Source: Felis catus
Taxonomy: Eukaryota
NCBI RefSeq assembly: GCF_018350175.1
Contig: NC_058368.1
Span: 84,818,001 to 84,882,000 of the forward strand
DNA: 64,000 nucleotides
Direction: 5' to 3'
Shown here: positions 49,744 through 62,380 of the stretch, in pieces
Layout of the letters: each line of letters starts with the position of its first letter
Position numbering within the stretch: position 1 is the stretch's first letter
Program-made: the position numbers and the translations under genes
Notes under the pieces: model-generated
Seen by the model: the letters and a program-made list of their open reading frames with translations, nothing else
Database searches by the model: none
What the model was told of the DNA's origin: nothing

Positions 49744-52118
49744 GAAATGAAACAAATTTCTAATATTGATTTTGGATCCCATGCCTTGGCTGAATTTGTG
49801 TATCAGTTCTAGCAATTTTTTTGTTGAATCTTTTGTTTTTTCTATCTAGGGTATCATGTCCTTTGTGAATAGTGAATTTTGACTTCCTACTTACCAATTT
49901 GTATGCCTTTTGTTTCTTTTTGTTGTCTGACTGCTGAGGCTAAGAATTCCAGTATTATGTTAAATAGCAGTGATAAGAGTGGTCATCCCTGCCTTGATCC
50001 TGACTGTAGAGGAAAATCTCTATTTTTTCCCCATTGAGGATGATATTAGCAGTGGGTCTTTCATATATGGCCTTTACGATGTTAGGGAATGTTCCATCAT
50101 ACATACTTTGTTGAGGGTTTTTATCACGAATGAATGATACATTTTGTCAAATAGTTTTTCTGCTTCTATCAAGAGCATCAAATGGTTCTTATCATTTCTT
50201 TTATTAATGTGATGCATCACATTGATTGATTTGCAAATATTGAAGTATCTCTAACACACAGGAATAAAAACCATTTGGTCATTGTGGATAATGCTTTTAA
50301 TGTACCATTGAATTCAATTTGCTAGTAGTATCTTGTTGAGAATTTTTGCATCGGTGTTCATAAGGGATACTGGCCTATAATCTTTTAAGTTGGGTCTTTG
50401 TTTGGTTTTGGAATCAACATAATGTTGGCCTCATAGAAGGAGTTTGGAAGTTTCCTTCCACCTCTATGTTTTGGAACAATGAGAAGAATAGGTATTAAGT
50501 CTGTAAATATCTGGTACATTCCCCTAAGAAGCCACCTGGCCATGGAATTTTGTTTGTTTGGAGATTTTTGAATACTGATTCCATTGTTTTGCTGGTTATG
50601 GGTTAATTAAATATTTCCTTTTCTTGCCTTTTAACTTTCAGTAGTTTGCATATTTCTAGGAAATTTTTTCCATTCTTTACAGGTTGCCCAGTTTTTTGGA
50701 ATGTAACTTTTCATAATAGTCTCAGACTTGTTTGTATTTCTGTGGTGTTGGTGTGATCTCCCCTCTTTTCATTTGTGATTTTATTTATTTGGGTCTTTTT
50801 TTTTCTTTTTGATAAGTCTGGCTACGATGTTATCAATTTTATAAATCATTCAAAGAACCAGTTCTTAGTTTTCTTGATTTGTTCTACTGGGCCTTATGTG
50901 TTTTTTTTTTCTATATTGTTTATTTCTGTTCTAATCTTTATTATTCTCCTTCTTCTGCAGGCTTTAGGCTTCATTTGCTGTTCCTTTTCTAATTCTTTAG
51001 GTATAAGATGTGTCTGTCTGCTTTTAAAGAGAAGCTTGATCCAAATATAACAATAAATAAAAATAACAAATATAAACAATAAATAAATAAAATCTGATAA
51101 ATGGATATTTTTTTTTCTGTATCCAAAAGTAGAAAACAAAAACAAAAACAAAGAAATATACATCCTTTTTCCCTGAGAACTGAGGCTTTGCAGCTCTCTA
51201 TGATAAGTAGACTTGGTGCATGCAAAGGTTTTGTGCTGGGTTAAGACCTGCTGTGCTGATTCTCAGACTGACTTGCCTTACGGAAGATGTACCTTTATGG
51301 TACAAGGGGATAGATATTGGTTTAATTTGCTCAGGTGTACCCTTGGTGGCAAGGTTTTGCTCACTGAAGTCCAGTGTATTAATGCGTGAGGGGAAAAATG
51401 GTACTTCCCCACAATCTTATCTTGAGCTCACACCTGCCAACCTTCCTAAAATCATCAGAGAAGAGCAAATGATCACTCCCTCGGTGTTCTTGGTTTTTGT
51501 CAGAACCTTATCTTCACCCTGTTGTCTCTGAGGTGTCTGCCTGCCAGGCAGAACAGCGCTATTGTGTTTTATCACAGATGCAGGTGGGTTTTAAATCTTC
51601 AAACTTCAGAGACTCCTGCAACATGGACCTGTAATGATTCTCTGGGGGAGAATATTGCTGTGGTATGGAAAAGTGCTGGCTTGTCATAGAAAATGGTCAC
51701 GTGACCACACAATGGCTCAGAATTTATGATAAAGCACATCAGAAAGTCAGCACCAAGCCTCACTTCTCTCAGTCAGCGACTTTACTCCTATGCTGGTGAA
51801 TGGGGCAGCTCAGTGGGGCCCAAAGATTTTGTCTCTGGAAAGGCCATGCCACCATTCCCAAATGCACTCCACAAAAGAGAAATTTTGTCCCTGTGCGACC
51901 CAGGGGATCTTCAGACCTCAGTGCCCACTCCTAGATCTCTGCCCTTCTTCCCCACCAGAGCACCACTAAGCCTGACAGATGCGACCCTAGGAGTGGTCTG
52001 GAACTCTAAAACTTCATTCAGACTTTGTGCTCTGTTGTTTATAAAGATTTGTGATATTAAGCCACTCTTCTTTTCCTAGTCAATGGTTTTGGTAAAGAGT
52101 TTCCTTATGTAATCTCCT

Positions 52119-52157
<39 letters not shown>

Positions 52158-52296
52158 TTCACTTTTTCCACTCTTTCTCACTTTCTTTCTCTCTCACTCT
52201 TCCACTCTTCTCTCCATGATAAGGGCTTCTTCCCTTCCACACTGCCTACAGCTCTTTTCTCTCCCAAGTCAACTCTCAGCAGATCCTACCTTCCAC

Positions 52297-53378
52297 TGTC
52301 ATAGACTCTAAGTCTAAAGTTCTCTTTTGGCCAGCAAAAGAAGTGTACACAGGATTAAAGCAAGAGATGGCTAAAGCCTGGGAAAAGACAAGAGCCCGAC
52401 TAAGTGTCCTTGCTCCATATTTATTCAGATCAGAAAGCTTACAAGTGTGATGAGCATGTACAGACAAAGAAACTAGGAATATTAACTTGGGGACATGAGG
52501 GAAAACGTTTTTTTTCTTCTTCTTTTTTTTTTTAAAGATATACAGTGTTTGGGGTTTTGGTCTATATAAAGCAAAATCCAGGTGCTGGGCAGATGGGTAG
52601 ATGGTTGATAACAGCAGACAGGATGCACCGTGCCTATTTATCTTTGCTAGCCAGGGGATGAGACAAATAGGGGGAATAATCTCATGGTTAATAAGGCACC
52701 TTTTCTTTTGTTAACCGTCTCCATTCTGGGCTGCTTTGCCTACAACACAGTAGTCAATAGTCAAATTCACCAATTTACTTAACCTGGCCCTATTCTCCTG
52801 TGAAAGCAGCTTTTCTGCTATAGTACTAAACTGGGGTGCTTCCACCCTGAATATCCAATCTTGTTTATTTCATATTCCTATGTATTGGGCACCTTTGTGC
52901 CTTTTCTATTTCAGGTCTTTGTCTCTCCCTCTCTATTCTGGTGGCTCTACACCCCCTCTCTATTTTGGGGTGCCTTTACACCTCCTTATTTCTGTCACTT
53001 TTGTGCCTCCCTATTTTAGGGGTGCCTTTGAACCCCCCTATTCTTGGCATGCCAATCTGGTTTACCAAAACTCGGGTGTGAGCATTTCCTGGCTTTGTAT
53101 TTATTTTCTTTAAAAAAAAAATGTTTATTTTTGAGACAATGCAAGAGAGTGCAAGCAGTGGAGGGGCAGACAGAGGGAGACACAGAATCTGAAGCAGGCT
53201 CCAGGCTCTGAGCTGTTGGCCCAGAGCTGGACGTGGGGCTCAAACTCAAAAACCATGAAATCATGATCTGAGCCAAAGTCGGACGCTTAACCCACTGAGC
53301 CACTCAGGCGCCCCTATATTTCTTTATGACTTAACCCGTTGGTGAAAGCCTGTGGGATTCCTAAGCTTATCCTCTACA
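52297..53378 (-). mobile_element. Solo LTR (possibly class II/ERVK-like) in the L1 5'UTR
   Basis: TG...CA termini; 6-bp flanking repeat TTCCAC/TTCCAA; minus-strand AATAAA at ~52420. The L1 5'UTR continues on both sides. Confidence 0.75.
53108..53314 (-). mobile_element. CanSINE inside the solo LTR
   Basis: Ends CCACTGAGCCACTCAGGCGCCCC. Confidence 0.93.
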
Positions 53379-53544
53379 TTCCAACAGGTGGTCATTTTTC
53401 TGCTTGTAGATATGCAGCTTTGTTCTTTCAGTGCTCAGATTTCTTGTGTGTTCAGAATGATTTGATATTTATCTAGCTGTATTCAAGGGGCAAGACAATC
53501 CTAGGGTCACCCTGTTCCTCTACCTTTTTAACTGCTCCTCCATT

Positions 53545-56480
53545 CATCTTTGACGGGCATTTGAGTTGCTCCCACCTTTTGGCTATGATGAATAGTGCTG
53601 TTAGGAACTTGGGGTGTCTCTTGGAGACACTGCTTTTAATTATTATTATTATTATTATTATTATATGCCCAGAATTATTGCTTCATATATAAGTTCTATT
53701 TTATTTCATTTTTTCAAGATCAACCATACTGTTTACCTATTGTTGCACCATTTTATATTCCTATGAACAAAGCACAAGAGTTCTAAATTCTCCATATCCT
53801 TTCCAGCATTTCTATTTTTTTTAATTGTCTTTTTAATAGTGATCATCTCAGTGGCTGTGAGGTGATATCTCTTTATAGTAGTGATCTGCATTTTTCTAAT
53901 GATTAATAATGTTAAGCATCATTTAATATACTTACTGGTCATTTTGTATCTTCTCTAGATAAATGTATCTACACAGATTCTTTGTCCACTTTTTAAATCT
54001 GATTGTTGTTGGCAGTTGATTTGCAGAGGTTTTAGTATATTGTAATTTTTTAAAAATGTTTATTAATTTTTGAAAGAGACAGACACAGATGGTGAGCAGG
54101 TTAGGGGTAGAGAGAGATGGAGCCACAGAATCCGAAGCAGGCTTCAGGTTCTGAGCTGTCAGCACAAAGCCCAACTTGGGGTTCAAACCCACAAACTAGG
54201 AGATCATGACCTGAGCCGAGGTTGGATGCTCAACCAACTGAGCCACCTGGGTGCCCCAAGTTTTTGTATATTCTAGATATTAACTTGTTATCAAATATAT
54301 GTTTTGTAAATATTTTCCCCATTCCATTAGTTGTCTCTTCACTCTCTTAATTGTATCCTTAGATGCACTTGTAAGTTTTATGTGTCCTCATTTGTCTACA
54401 TTTGCTTTTGCTGCTAGTGCTTTGGTGTCATAATCAAGAAATCATTGCCAGAGCCATTGTGAATCTTTTCTCTGTTTTCTTCGAAAATTTTTATAATTTT
54501 AACTCATATTTAGGTCTTTGAGACATTTTGAGTTAATCTTTGTATATGATGTAAGGTAAGATTCCAACCTTTATTGTTTTGCATGTAAAAATCCAGTTTC
54601 TTCAACACCATTGGTTAAAGAGACTGTCTTTTGTGTACTGAGTAGTCTGTATTTTTTTGAAGATTACCTGACCTAAACATGAGGATTTATTTCTGGCTTT
54701 GTTATACTTTATTGGTGTATATATCTGTCTTTATACCAGTGCCAAGCTGTTTCGATTTCTTTAGCTTTGCAATATGTAATGAAATGAGGCAGTGTGGATC
54801 CTCCAACTTGGTTCTTCCTTTCCAAAATTATTTTGGCTCTTTGGGGTCCCTTGATTCCAAATAATGATAGGATAGATTTTTCTATTTATGCAACCAAAAA
54901 AAGTGCTATTGGGATTTTGATAGAGATTGCACTGAACATATAGATTGCTTTGGGTAGTAATCACATTTTAGCTGTATTAAGTCTACCAACCTATGAACAT
55001 AAGATGTCTTTGTATTTCTTCGTGATTAGAACAAAATTGCTTTGGTTTATGTTTGTCATTTTCAGTGTACTATTCTTTCATCTGTTTGGTTAGGATTCTT
55101 CCTAAATATTTTATTCTTTTAAATGCTGTGGTAAATGGAGTTGTGCTCTAAATTTTCACTTAAAATTGTTCATTATTAATGTAGAGAAATGCAACTGACT
55201 TCTGTGTGCTGATTTTGATTTCTGGAACTTTGCTGAATTTGTTTATTACTTCCAAGTTTTGTTTGATCTTTAGGATTTCTTCATATGAGATCATATTATA
55301 TGCAAACACTATTTCTTCCTTACTAATTTGGGTGATTTTTACTCATTTTTCTTGCCTAATTACTCCACCTAGGATTTCTAGCACTGTGTTTAATAGAAAG
55401 GCCAGAATAATCAATTTCATCTTGATCCTGTTTTTAAAAGAAAAGCTTTCACCCTTTCACTATTTCATATGATATTAGCTGTGATTTTTTTCCATATGTG
55501 ATGTTTATTAAGTTGAACTTGTTTCCCTTTATTCCCAGTTTGTTAACAATTTTTATCACAAAAGTGTTGAATCTTGTTAACTGTTTTTGTTTCTGCATTA
55601 TATGATATGAACATATAGGTTTTGTCTTTCATTCTGTCCACATGGTATATTACATTTGTTGATTTTTTTTCTCATGTTGAACTATTCTTTCATTCCAGAA
55701 ATGAATCCCACTTTGTTGTGGTGTATAATCCTTCTAATGTAGTATAGAATTTACTTTGCTAATAACTCTTTCTGGAGTATCAGTATTCATCAAAGATATT
55801 GGTCTTTAGTTTTCTTCTTGTATCTTTGTCTGATTCTAGTATCAGTGTAATTCTGGCTCAGTTATTGTATTTTCAGCTCTGAATTCTTTTTGTTTTTTTT
55901 TTTTTAATGATTTCTACCTTTTTTCTGCATTCTCATTTTGTTCATGCACTTTCTGGTGTTGTATAGTTTTTTTTTTTCTATATGTTCTCTCATTGAATAC
56001 CTTTAACAAATTATTTTGAATTCTTCACCAAGAAATTCAGTAATCTCCCTTTCTTTAGGATCTATTTCTGTAGTTTTATTTTGTTTCTTTCATTGAGCCA
56101 TGTTTTCTGGTTTCTTTGTATGCTTGTAATCTGTTGTTGAGACTTGGCCACTTGAAAAAACAGCCTCCTCTCTCAGTCTCTATGGACTGTTTTGTTTTGT
56201 TTTGTTTTGTTTTGTTTTCAGGGGAATACTTTATATGTCAGCCCATCTAGAAATTTGGGGCCTCACCAACATTTTCTGGTGATATATTCTCTGGACTTGA
56301 GTGTGTACTTTAATTGTCTCAATTATCATAAGCTGCTTGTTCCTAATTTTTTCTCAGGAGTTTGTAAATGTTTTTTCTCTCCCTGTTTTCTGTTTGGAGA
56401 ACTTTTGGATTTCTGTAGCTCTGGTATACTGTGACACTTGCTTACATTTTCTCGATTGGATCTCGATAGGATCATTTGTC
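53545..56480 (-). mobile_element. Older L1 (L1MA/L1_Carn-type) ORF2 and more 5' fragments
   Basis: ORF2 motifs on the minus strand (TAGATTGCTTTGGGTAG, GAAATGCAACTGA, GAATCCCACTT). Confidence 0.8.
54045..54258 (-). mobile_element. CanSINE
   Basis: Ends CAACTGAGCCACCTGGGTGCCCC. Confidence 0.93.
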
Positions 56481-56489
56481 ATCTAAAAA

Positions 56490-57053
56490 TTTATGCCCTT
56501 GAAGGAGTCTTGGCACTAGGCAGGGAGACACTAGAAAAGACCAAAAAAAAAAAAGGGGGGGGGTCATATTATAAGAAAGAGCAGCCTAAATAAAGGACCT
56601 TTGATCATTTTTTTCCAGTCTTTTCTTGTCATTTGAAGAGAAATTTGAGTTCTTCCACTGGTTCACAAGAATAAGATGTCATATTAGCTGGCATAATAGT
56701 TTCCTGTGAGGAAGGTACAGGTTTAATTCTTGATACAGGAGCCCATGATCTTTCTATCTAATTTTATCTAATCTTACTACAGTGCGATCACATAATATGA
56801 CCAGTAGGGGCCCTTCCAGTTTGAAGTTAAATCACCTGCTGCATTAGACTTCCAATCCTTTAAATAAACCATGTCTCCTGGGTTTATATTGGATGTGTTT
56901 CTAGGAACTGTCAGTTCAGGTTTAGGGAGGATATGCTTTGCATATTCATTTAGAGATGTATGAATTGACACAGCTTCAAGTGAATAATTTAATAAAATAA
57001 TAGTCTTTTTCTATCAATAGGTCTACAGTGAGAAAATGGGTTTCATATACAAT
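56490..57053 (-). mobile_element. Second ERV internal fragment: integrase C-terminal (GPY/F) region
   Basis: ORF 56777-56971 contains INPGDMVYLKDWK...WKGPY, a class I integrase C-terminus. Confidence 0.8.
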
Positions 57054-58313
57054 TGTTGGGGGAATCACCTAATGAGGGAGCACAAGGCAAACTGACAGGC
57101 TGAAAACACCCCCTATCCCCAGGTGGGATATGTTTACTATTCCTCAGGCACTTTTGTCTGCCAAAGAACAAAGGAAAGGGGAAAATAAATGGCTAACTGA
57201 TAGTGATCACAGTCATGCAAGACAAGAGTCTCCATCAGTTTACAAATATCTCAGTAAATTACAAGAAAACAGCAATCTTATCAATAGCCTAATATTCAGA
57301 AACCTATAGAATTAATTTGTAATGCACCAATTTCGAATCCGAGAAACCACCAAGGAGCGGATACTGATGCAAACGCATGAGGGTTTATTTGCAAGCTCGA
57401 GCTTGGCCCAAGTATACCTGACACAGCAGAGCTGGGACTTGGACCCCTAGGTTAAGAGGCATAGCAGTTTTATAGGGGCCAGTGGCCATTGAGATTGTAA
57501 CACACACAGAAAGTTGCATAGTCATGTCAGTCCACACGCAGGTGGCCAATTGAATTACAATTTACCCTATAGTAACTGTTTGAACTAGCCTATCACTCTG
57601 GTCAGAATTGGTGTGCAAGTTTGGCGGGCAAATGCAGGGTTTGCATTCTTTGGCGGTTAGGGGTTCCGCATTCCTGTATGAGCTGGTTTCCAGTAAGGGT
57701 GTGCTCAGCGGCTTGACTAGGGTGGGGGAGTGTCTTAAGCAATAAGTAGGTGAGTACATGAGATGGTGGGTGTAGCACAAAATGGAGTTAGTCTTGCTCT
57801 GTTTGTCTAGGGGTAGGGGTTTTTTGTTAAATTCCTTGGATCCCACAAATTTCCTGGAGCCCCAATATCAGCCTCCCCTCCATAATGATGTGAGAAACAA
57901 TGGCAGAAGGAAATAGATAGAATTAAATTTCCTTATAACCTGCAGGACATTGGCAAATACCTGAGGCAGGCAGAGTAAAAAGTGTCCCCAGGAACTCCCT
58001 AATGTCTTAATGTTAATGCTTTGCTAGAGGGAAAAACAACCTTAGCTTGACAATAGCTAGGCCTGCAGTAATCTGTGAGTCTTCTTTAGAATGTGAAAAT
58101 CTCTTTGGAAACTTCCCTTTGACTTTACTTCCCCCAACTTCCATATATATAACCAGTCTCTTCACAGATTCCAGGAAAGCTCTCCTTGCCCATGAGTCCT
58201 GTCCCCACGCTTTAATAAAATCATCTTTTTGCACCAAAGACACCATCAAGAATTCTTTCTTGGCCATCAGCTCTGAATTCCAGGAACCCCACCATCATCC
58301 CCAAACCTCGTCA
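57054..58313 (+). mobile_element. ERV1-type LTR interrupted by a second LTR
   Basis: Starts TGTTGGGGG; TATA-like TATATAA at ~58146; AATAAA at ~58213; ends CA. Confidence 0.75.
57318..57847 (-). mobile_element. Younger solo LTR nested in the LTR above
   Basis: TGT...ACA termini; perfect 4-bp TSD AATT (57314-57317 and 57848-57851); minus-strand AATAAA at ~57385; CpGs retained. Confidence 0.88.
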
Positions 58314-58319
58314 GTATCA

Positions 58320-59065
58320 TTTATAATTTCTCCTCTTTCATTATAATTTTGTTGATTTGGGTTCTCTTTCTTTTTTTTTAAAGTGTAGATAGGGAAAAAT
58401 CTGTTATAAGATGGCCAACAGGACTGATAGCAAAAATTCTAGAGTCCAAAGAAAGACTCCTTTCCAAGTTCTTTCCTACCCCTCTTGTTGCACGTGCCAA
58501 ATTATTGCTAATGCAGAATGCAGAAGAAACAGACTAAAAATTGTTCCTTCTGCTTATGCTCAGGGCTCAGACTTCTGGAGATTGATCTCCTTAGAGCCCA
58601 ATTATGTAAAATAAATCTCCTGCTTTCCAAGATCTCTGAGTGCCACTTGGTTCTTCCTCTGGGTGATCCAGACCAGTTCCCATAACAGTGTAGCTAGAAG
58701 TTTGTCCATTTTGTTCATCTTTTCAAAAAGCTAATTCTTAGTTTTCTTAATCTCTTCTATTGTTTTCCTTTTCTCCATTTTATTTATTTTTTGCTCCAAT
58801 CTTTTATTTCTTTTCTTATGCTAACTTTGGGCCTAGGTTATTTTTTTATGTTCCTTGAGGTATGAAGTTATCTTTTTGTTTTTAATTTGGGATCTTTTTA
58901 TTTTCATTATGTATGTGTTTATAGCAATAAACTTCTCCTCTGAGAACTGCTTTTGCCTTATCCCAACTGTTTTAGTATGTTGTTTTTCCTATATTATTTG
59001 TCTCAAGATACTTTTTTATTTCCCCTTTAATTTAGTCTTGGATTCATTGGTTGTTAAGGACAATG
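58320..59065 (-). mobile_element. Old L1 ORF2 fragment with a solo LTR inserted
   Basis: TTTGTCCATTTTGTTCATCTTTTCAAAAA, CTAACTTTGGGC and ATAAACTTCTCCTCTGAGAACTGCTTTTGC motifs. Confidence 0.8.
58387..58687 (+). mobile_element. Short (~300 bp) solo LTR
   Basis: AATAAA at ~58610; ends ATAACA; flanked by the direct repeat GTGT(AG) within L1. Confidence 0.7.
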
Positions 59066-59104
59066 TGGCTTTATAGTGAGTACTTTATATACCTAAGGTT
59101 TCTT

Positions 59105-59300
59105 TCCAATACCGTGTTCAAAAGGCAACCACATGTGGCTATTTCAATTAAAATTACATAAAATTAAAAATTCAAGTTCTCAATCACACTAGTCATATAT
59201 CAAAACTTTAACAACCATATATGCCTCATGGCTAACATATTAGAAAGTGTTGATACAAAACATTTCCATCATTACAATAATTTTTGTTAGTAATGCTGAT
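59105..59300. mobile_element. hAT-Charlie MITE (MER3/MER33-like)
   Basis: CCACATGTGGCTA...TAAAAATTCAAGTTCTCAATCACACTAG...AACATTTCCATCAT, matching the consensus from memory. Confidence 0.7.
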
Positions 59301-59305
59301 CTAGA

Positions 59306-59522
59306 ATAGTAGTTGTCAGCCAAGAATAATTCTGTACCCCATTGATGTTTGCCATGTCTAAAACTTTTGTGGTTTTCACAAGTAAGATATTTGGTATCTT
59401 ATTGGTATCTAGTATATAGAGGCCTGGGAGGTACTAAACATCCCATAGTACACAAGACAGCCCCCCATAACAAAGACTCATCCAGGTGCACATGCCAGAA
59501 GTTATGATGGTGGAAACTGTGA
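59306..59522. mobile_element. MER20-like hAT-Charlie element
   Basis: GGTATCTAGTATATAGAGGCC...CTAAACATCCCATAGTACACAAGACAGCCCCCCATAACAAAG. Confidence 0.8.
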
Positions 59523-60383
59523 CTTAGAATGTGTTTTGTTGTGAGGTGTAAGGTGGGTATTTTGTTCTTTCTTCCCCTCTAATTAGCCAATCAACTAGAT
59601 ACTATCTCCTGTGTGTATGCAAATTATTACCCTCTGGTTGCTGGTGAAGCTTAAGCTAGAGATTTTTTTTTTTCTCTTAAATGGTGGACAAAGTCTTATT
59701 TCATTGTTAATTAAGATACTTTTTTTTAATTGACTTATCTCTTACTACAGATTCTTTGTCTCTGCACATAAAGACGACCCCACATTCCCAGTTCATCTTA
59801 GTTTCAACTTCAAGTTAAGTGCTGTTTGATGAAAGGCTTTATGCAAGTAATTACTCCTCTCTTTTTGAAAGGCCAAGCCTATCACATTTTAAGCCCTTAA
59901 TCCTGCTGGCCTCACTAAGCAAAGGAAGGAGAGGAGACAAGTGACACTCAGGAAAAGGTGAGGCAGACAAAGCAGTGCATGTGGTACTGAAGTGGCTTTT
60001 AGCTCCAGGATCTACATGTGATCCACAAATGTGATTTACTCTCCTCATCTCTTAATGCACAAGATGGTTGCTAATGGGGTTTCTCAGTTTCTGGAAGCAT
60101 TCCCACTCTAAGGATATGAACTGTCACGTGTAGAAGGCATTTGGAGGCAGGGGGCAAGCAGCAGCTGAGGTAGTGAGACTTGTGGAAACCCAGGATGTTA
60201 AGCCTGGGTCTACTGTTACAAACCAGGAGAGACTGGGGGAGGTGTGAAAATGGTTACTGTCCCCTAATAACCTCAATCTGAGGTCCATGGGAAGGACTTC
60301 AGGTTTCTTATCCTTGAAAGTTGGGCTCTCTTCCTGGCCCACACAGAGCATGAGAAATAGCTCACTTCCCCAGAGGTCAGACC

Positions 60384-61552
60384 TATGTAGCCTATCCAAG
60401 GAGGAGGATATTTTGAGAAACATCTCCCAATTCACATGCCCATCTTGTGCCTGATGCAATTAGAAGGGACAGATTTGAACTGGTCTTCTCACGCATACAT
60501 GCATTTTGCAGTTAACAATAAGCTGGACGATAGTGATAGGTTTGCCAAGGTCAGGGCTCTCATTGTCTGGATTAATTGCCATTTCCAGAAGCACGCACCC
60601 CTGGAAGAGTTCTACAGCTTTGGTGAGTCCATGTGTGAATACTTTGGGCACCAGGGATCCAAGCAGCTGCCTATTGAGAAACCCATGGAGCTTGGCTACA
60701 AGATCTGGTGTGGAATAACCAGCAGGGGCTATCTTGTGTGGTTTGTGCCCTCACAGGGCACGCTGTTCACCAAGTCAGACAGGGGCTTGGGCTGAGGAGG
60801 CAGTATGGTGGTAAATTTTGTGGATGTTCTTCAGGAGCATGGCTGTCTGCCACAACACATATTTTTTGACAACGTTTTTATAAGTGTCAAACTCATGTCC
60901 ATTTTGAGGATAAAGGAGGTGAAGGCCGCAGAAACTTCATGAATACAGGACTGAGCAAAGTCCCCTCAAAGATCACAAAGGATTTTAAAAATGAAGAGGG
61001 AGTTCATTTGAGTATAAAGTTGATGAGAGTGAGGAGATCATTGTTTGCTGCTAGCATGATAGCAGTGTGGTCAACATCTGCTCCAATGCTGTGGGTATAG
61101 AAACAGTGGGGATGACCAATTATCATTCAGGAATAATCAAAGCACAGAACCAGGTCCGCCAATCATCCCTGGTAAAGCTGTACCAGGAAAAGGTGGGTAG
61201 TGTCAGCAGGTAGACCAGAATATTGCCAAGTACAAAGTGAAGATCCGAGGCACAAAGTGGTACTCAAGCCTCATTGGCGCTGACCTCCGCAATGCATGGC
61301 AGTTACACAAGATCTGCAGCCATGATTCCCAAGTAGACCTCCTGGCCTTCCAGAGATATGTGGCTTGTGTGTATCTAGACAGCAATGTGACAAGGGAAAT
61401 GAAACAGGAAGCTGGAAAGTGAGAGCCACTTTGGCATGATTGGACACTGGGTCATCAACCAGGACAAGATCTAGTGTGCTCTCTGCCACTACAGTGAGAA
61501 ATGCCATAAGGGTGTCCATTCCAAGTGCTTCAGAAAGTACCACATACAGTGA
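60384..61552 (+). pseudogene. PGBD2: 5'-truncated, disabled copy of piggyBac transposable element derived 2
   Basis: Translates YVAYPRRRIF*ETSP..DAIRRDRFELVFS, HFAVNNKLDDSDRFAKVR..FQKHAPLEEFYSFGESMCEYFGH..LGYKIWCG..GYLVWF, HIFFDNVF, YKVKIRGTKWYSS..NAWQLHKIC..DLLAFQRY and GVHSKCFRKYHIQ*, which matches PGBD2 as I recall it. Stops at 60414 and 60793, a 4-bp insertion at ~60492, and further indels. Confidence 0.9.
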
Positions 61553-61834
61553 TGTACAATCGGGAGAAGGAGCCCTTTGGGTGTTTCATTTATAATGAGA
61601 TGTTGACACCTAATTTCATAAAGCAGACAGAGCACTTGTGTTTTATTTGTGTTGGAAAAAGGAGACCTGAATCCCTAATAACTTGGTTTTGTATTTTCTC
61701 CCCACTTCATTCCTATTACCTTTTACTGTCTTTTATGTTGCCTATATGCAACATAAATTAATATTTATATTAGCAATAATAAATATCTGTAAATGTATAG
61801 ATTATACTGTCATTTATTTCAAATTATAGGGCCT

Positions 61835-62380
61835 TTTCTTTTTCTTTTCAAACTTTGATTTTAAGTTCACTTAGTTAACATACAGTACAATATTGGTTTC
61901 AGGACTAGACTTCATCACTTACATATAACATGCAGTGCTCATGGTAACAAAGGACCTGTTAACACCCATCACCCATCTAGCTCGTACCCCACCCACTTCC
62001 ATCCATCAACCCTGTTTGTTCTCTAAGAATCTCTTATGGTTTGTTTCCTTCTTTCTTTTTATACCCCTTCTCCAATACGTTCATCTGGCTTGTTTCTTAA
62101 ATCCCACATATGAGTGAAATCATATGGTATTTGACTTTCTCTGATTGACTTATTTTGCATAATACATTCTAGTTCTTTCCAGGTTCTGGCAAATGGCAAG
62201 GTTTCATTCTTTTTGATGGTTTTGATGGCTGGGTAATCTTCCATTTTATATATGTGTATATAATACACATATATATTTTATATTTTATATATGTGATATA
62301 AACACATATATTCAATTATATATACATATATATAAACGCATATATTCAATTCCATTCATCAGTCAATGGACATTTGGGGC
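61835..62380 (-). mobile_element. Carnivore L1 3' end
   Basis: TTAGTTAACATACAG...CCCACATATGAGTGAAATCATATGG...GCAAATGGCAAGGTTTCATTC. Confidence 0.88.

Larger units (their letters stand above)
47650..53541 (-). mobile_element. L1 with an internal deletion (ORF1 and EN missing), carrying SINEs and a solo LTR
   Basis: 3'UTR and ORF2 span 47650-51010, then jump to 5'UTR-type sequence paralleling 37290-38780; 5' end at ~53540. Confidence 0.85.

Noticed and set aside
60124..60459. 111-aa minus-strand ORF beside PGBD2, as a possible inverted 5' part of the gene
   Set aside because: It shows no resemblance to the PGBD2 N-terminus as I recall it, nor to any other protein I recognise.
60384..61552. 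Active piggyBac transposon
   Set aside because: Multiple stops, first catalytic Asp replaced (SFGESM, as in domesticated PGBD2), and no TIRs or TTAA boundaries seen.
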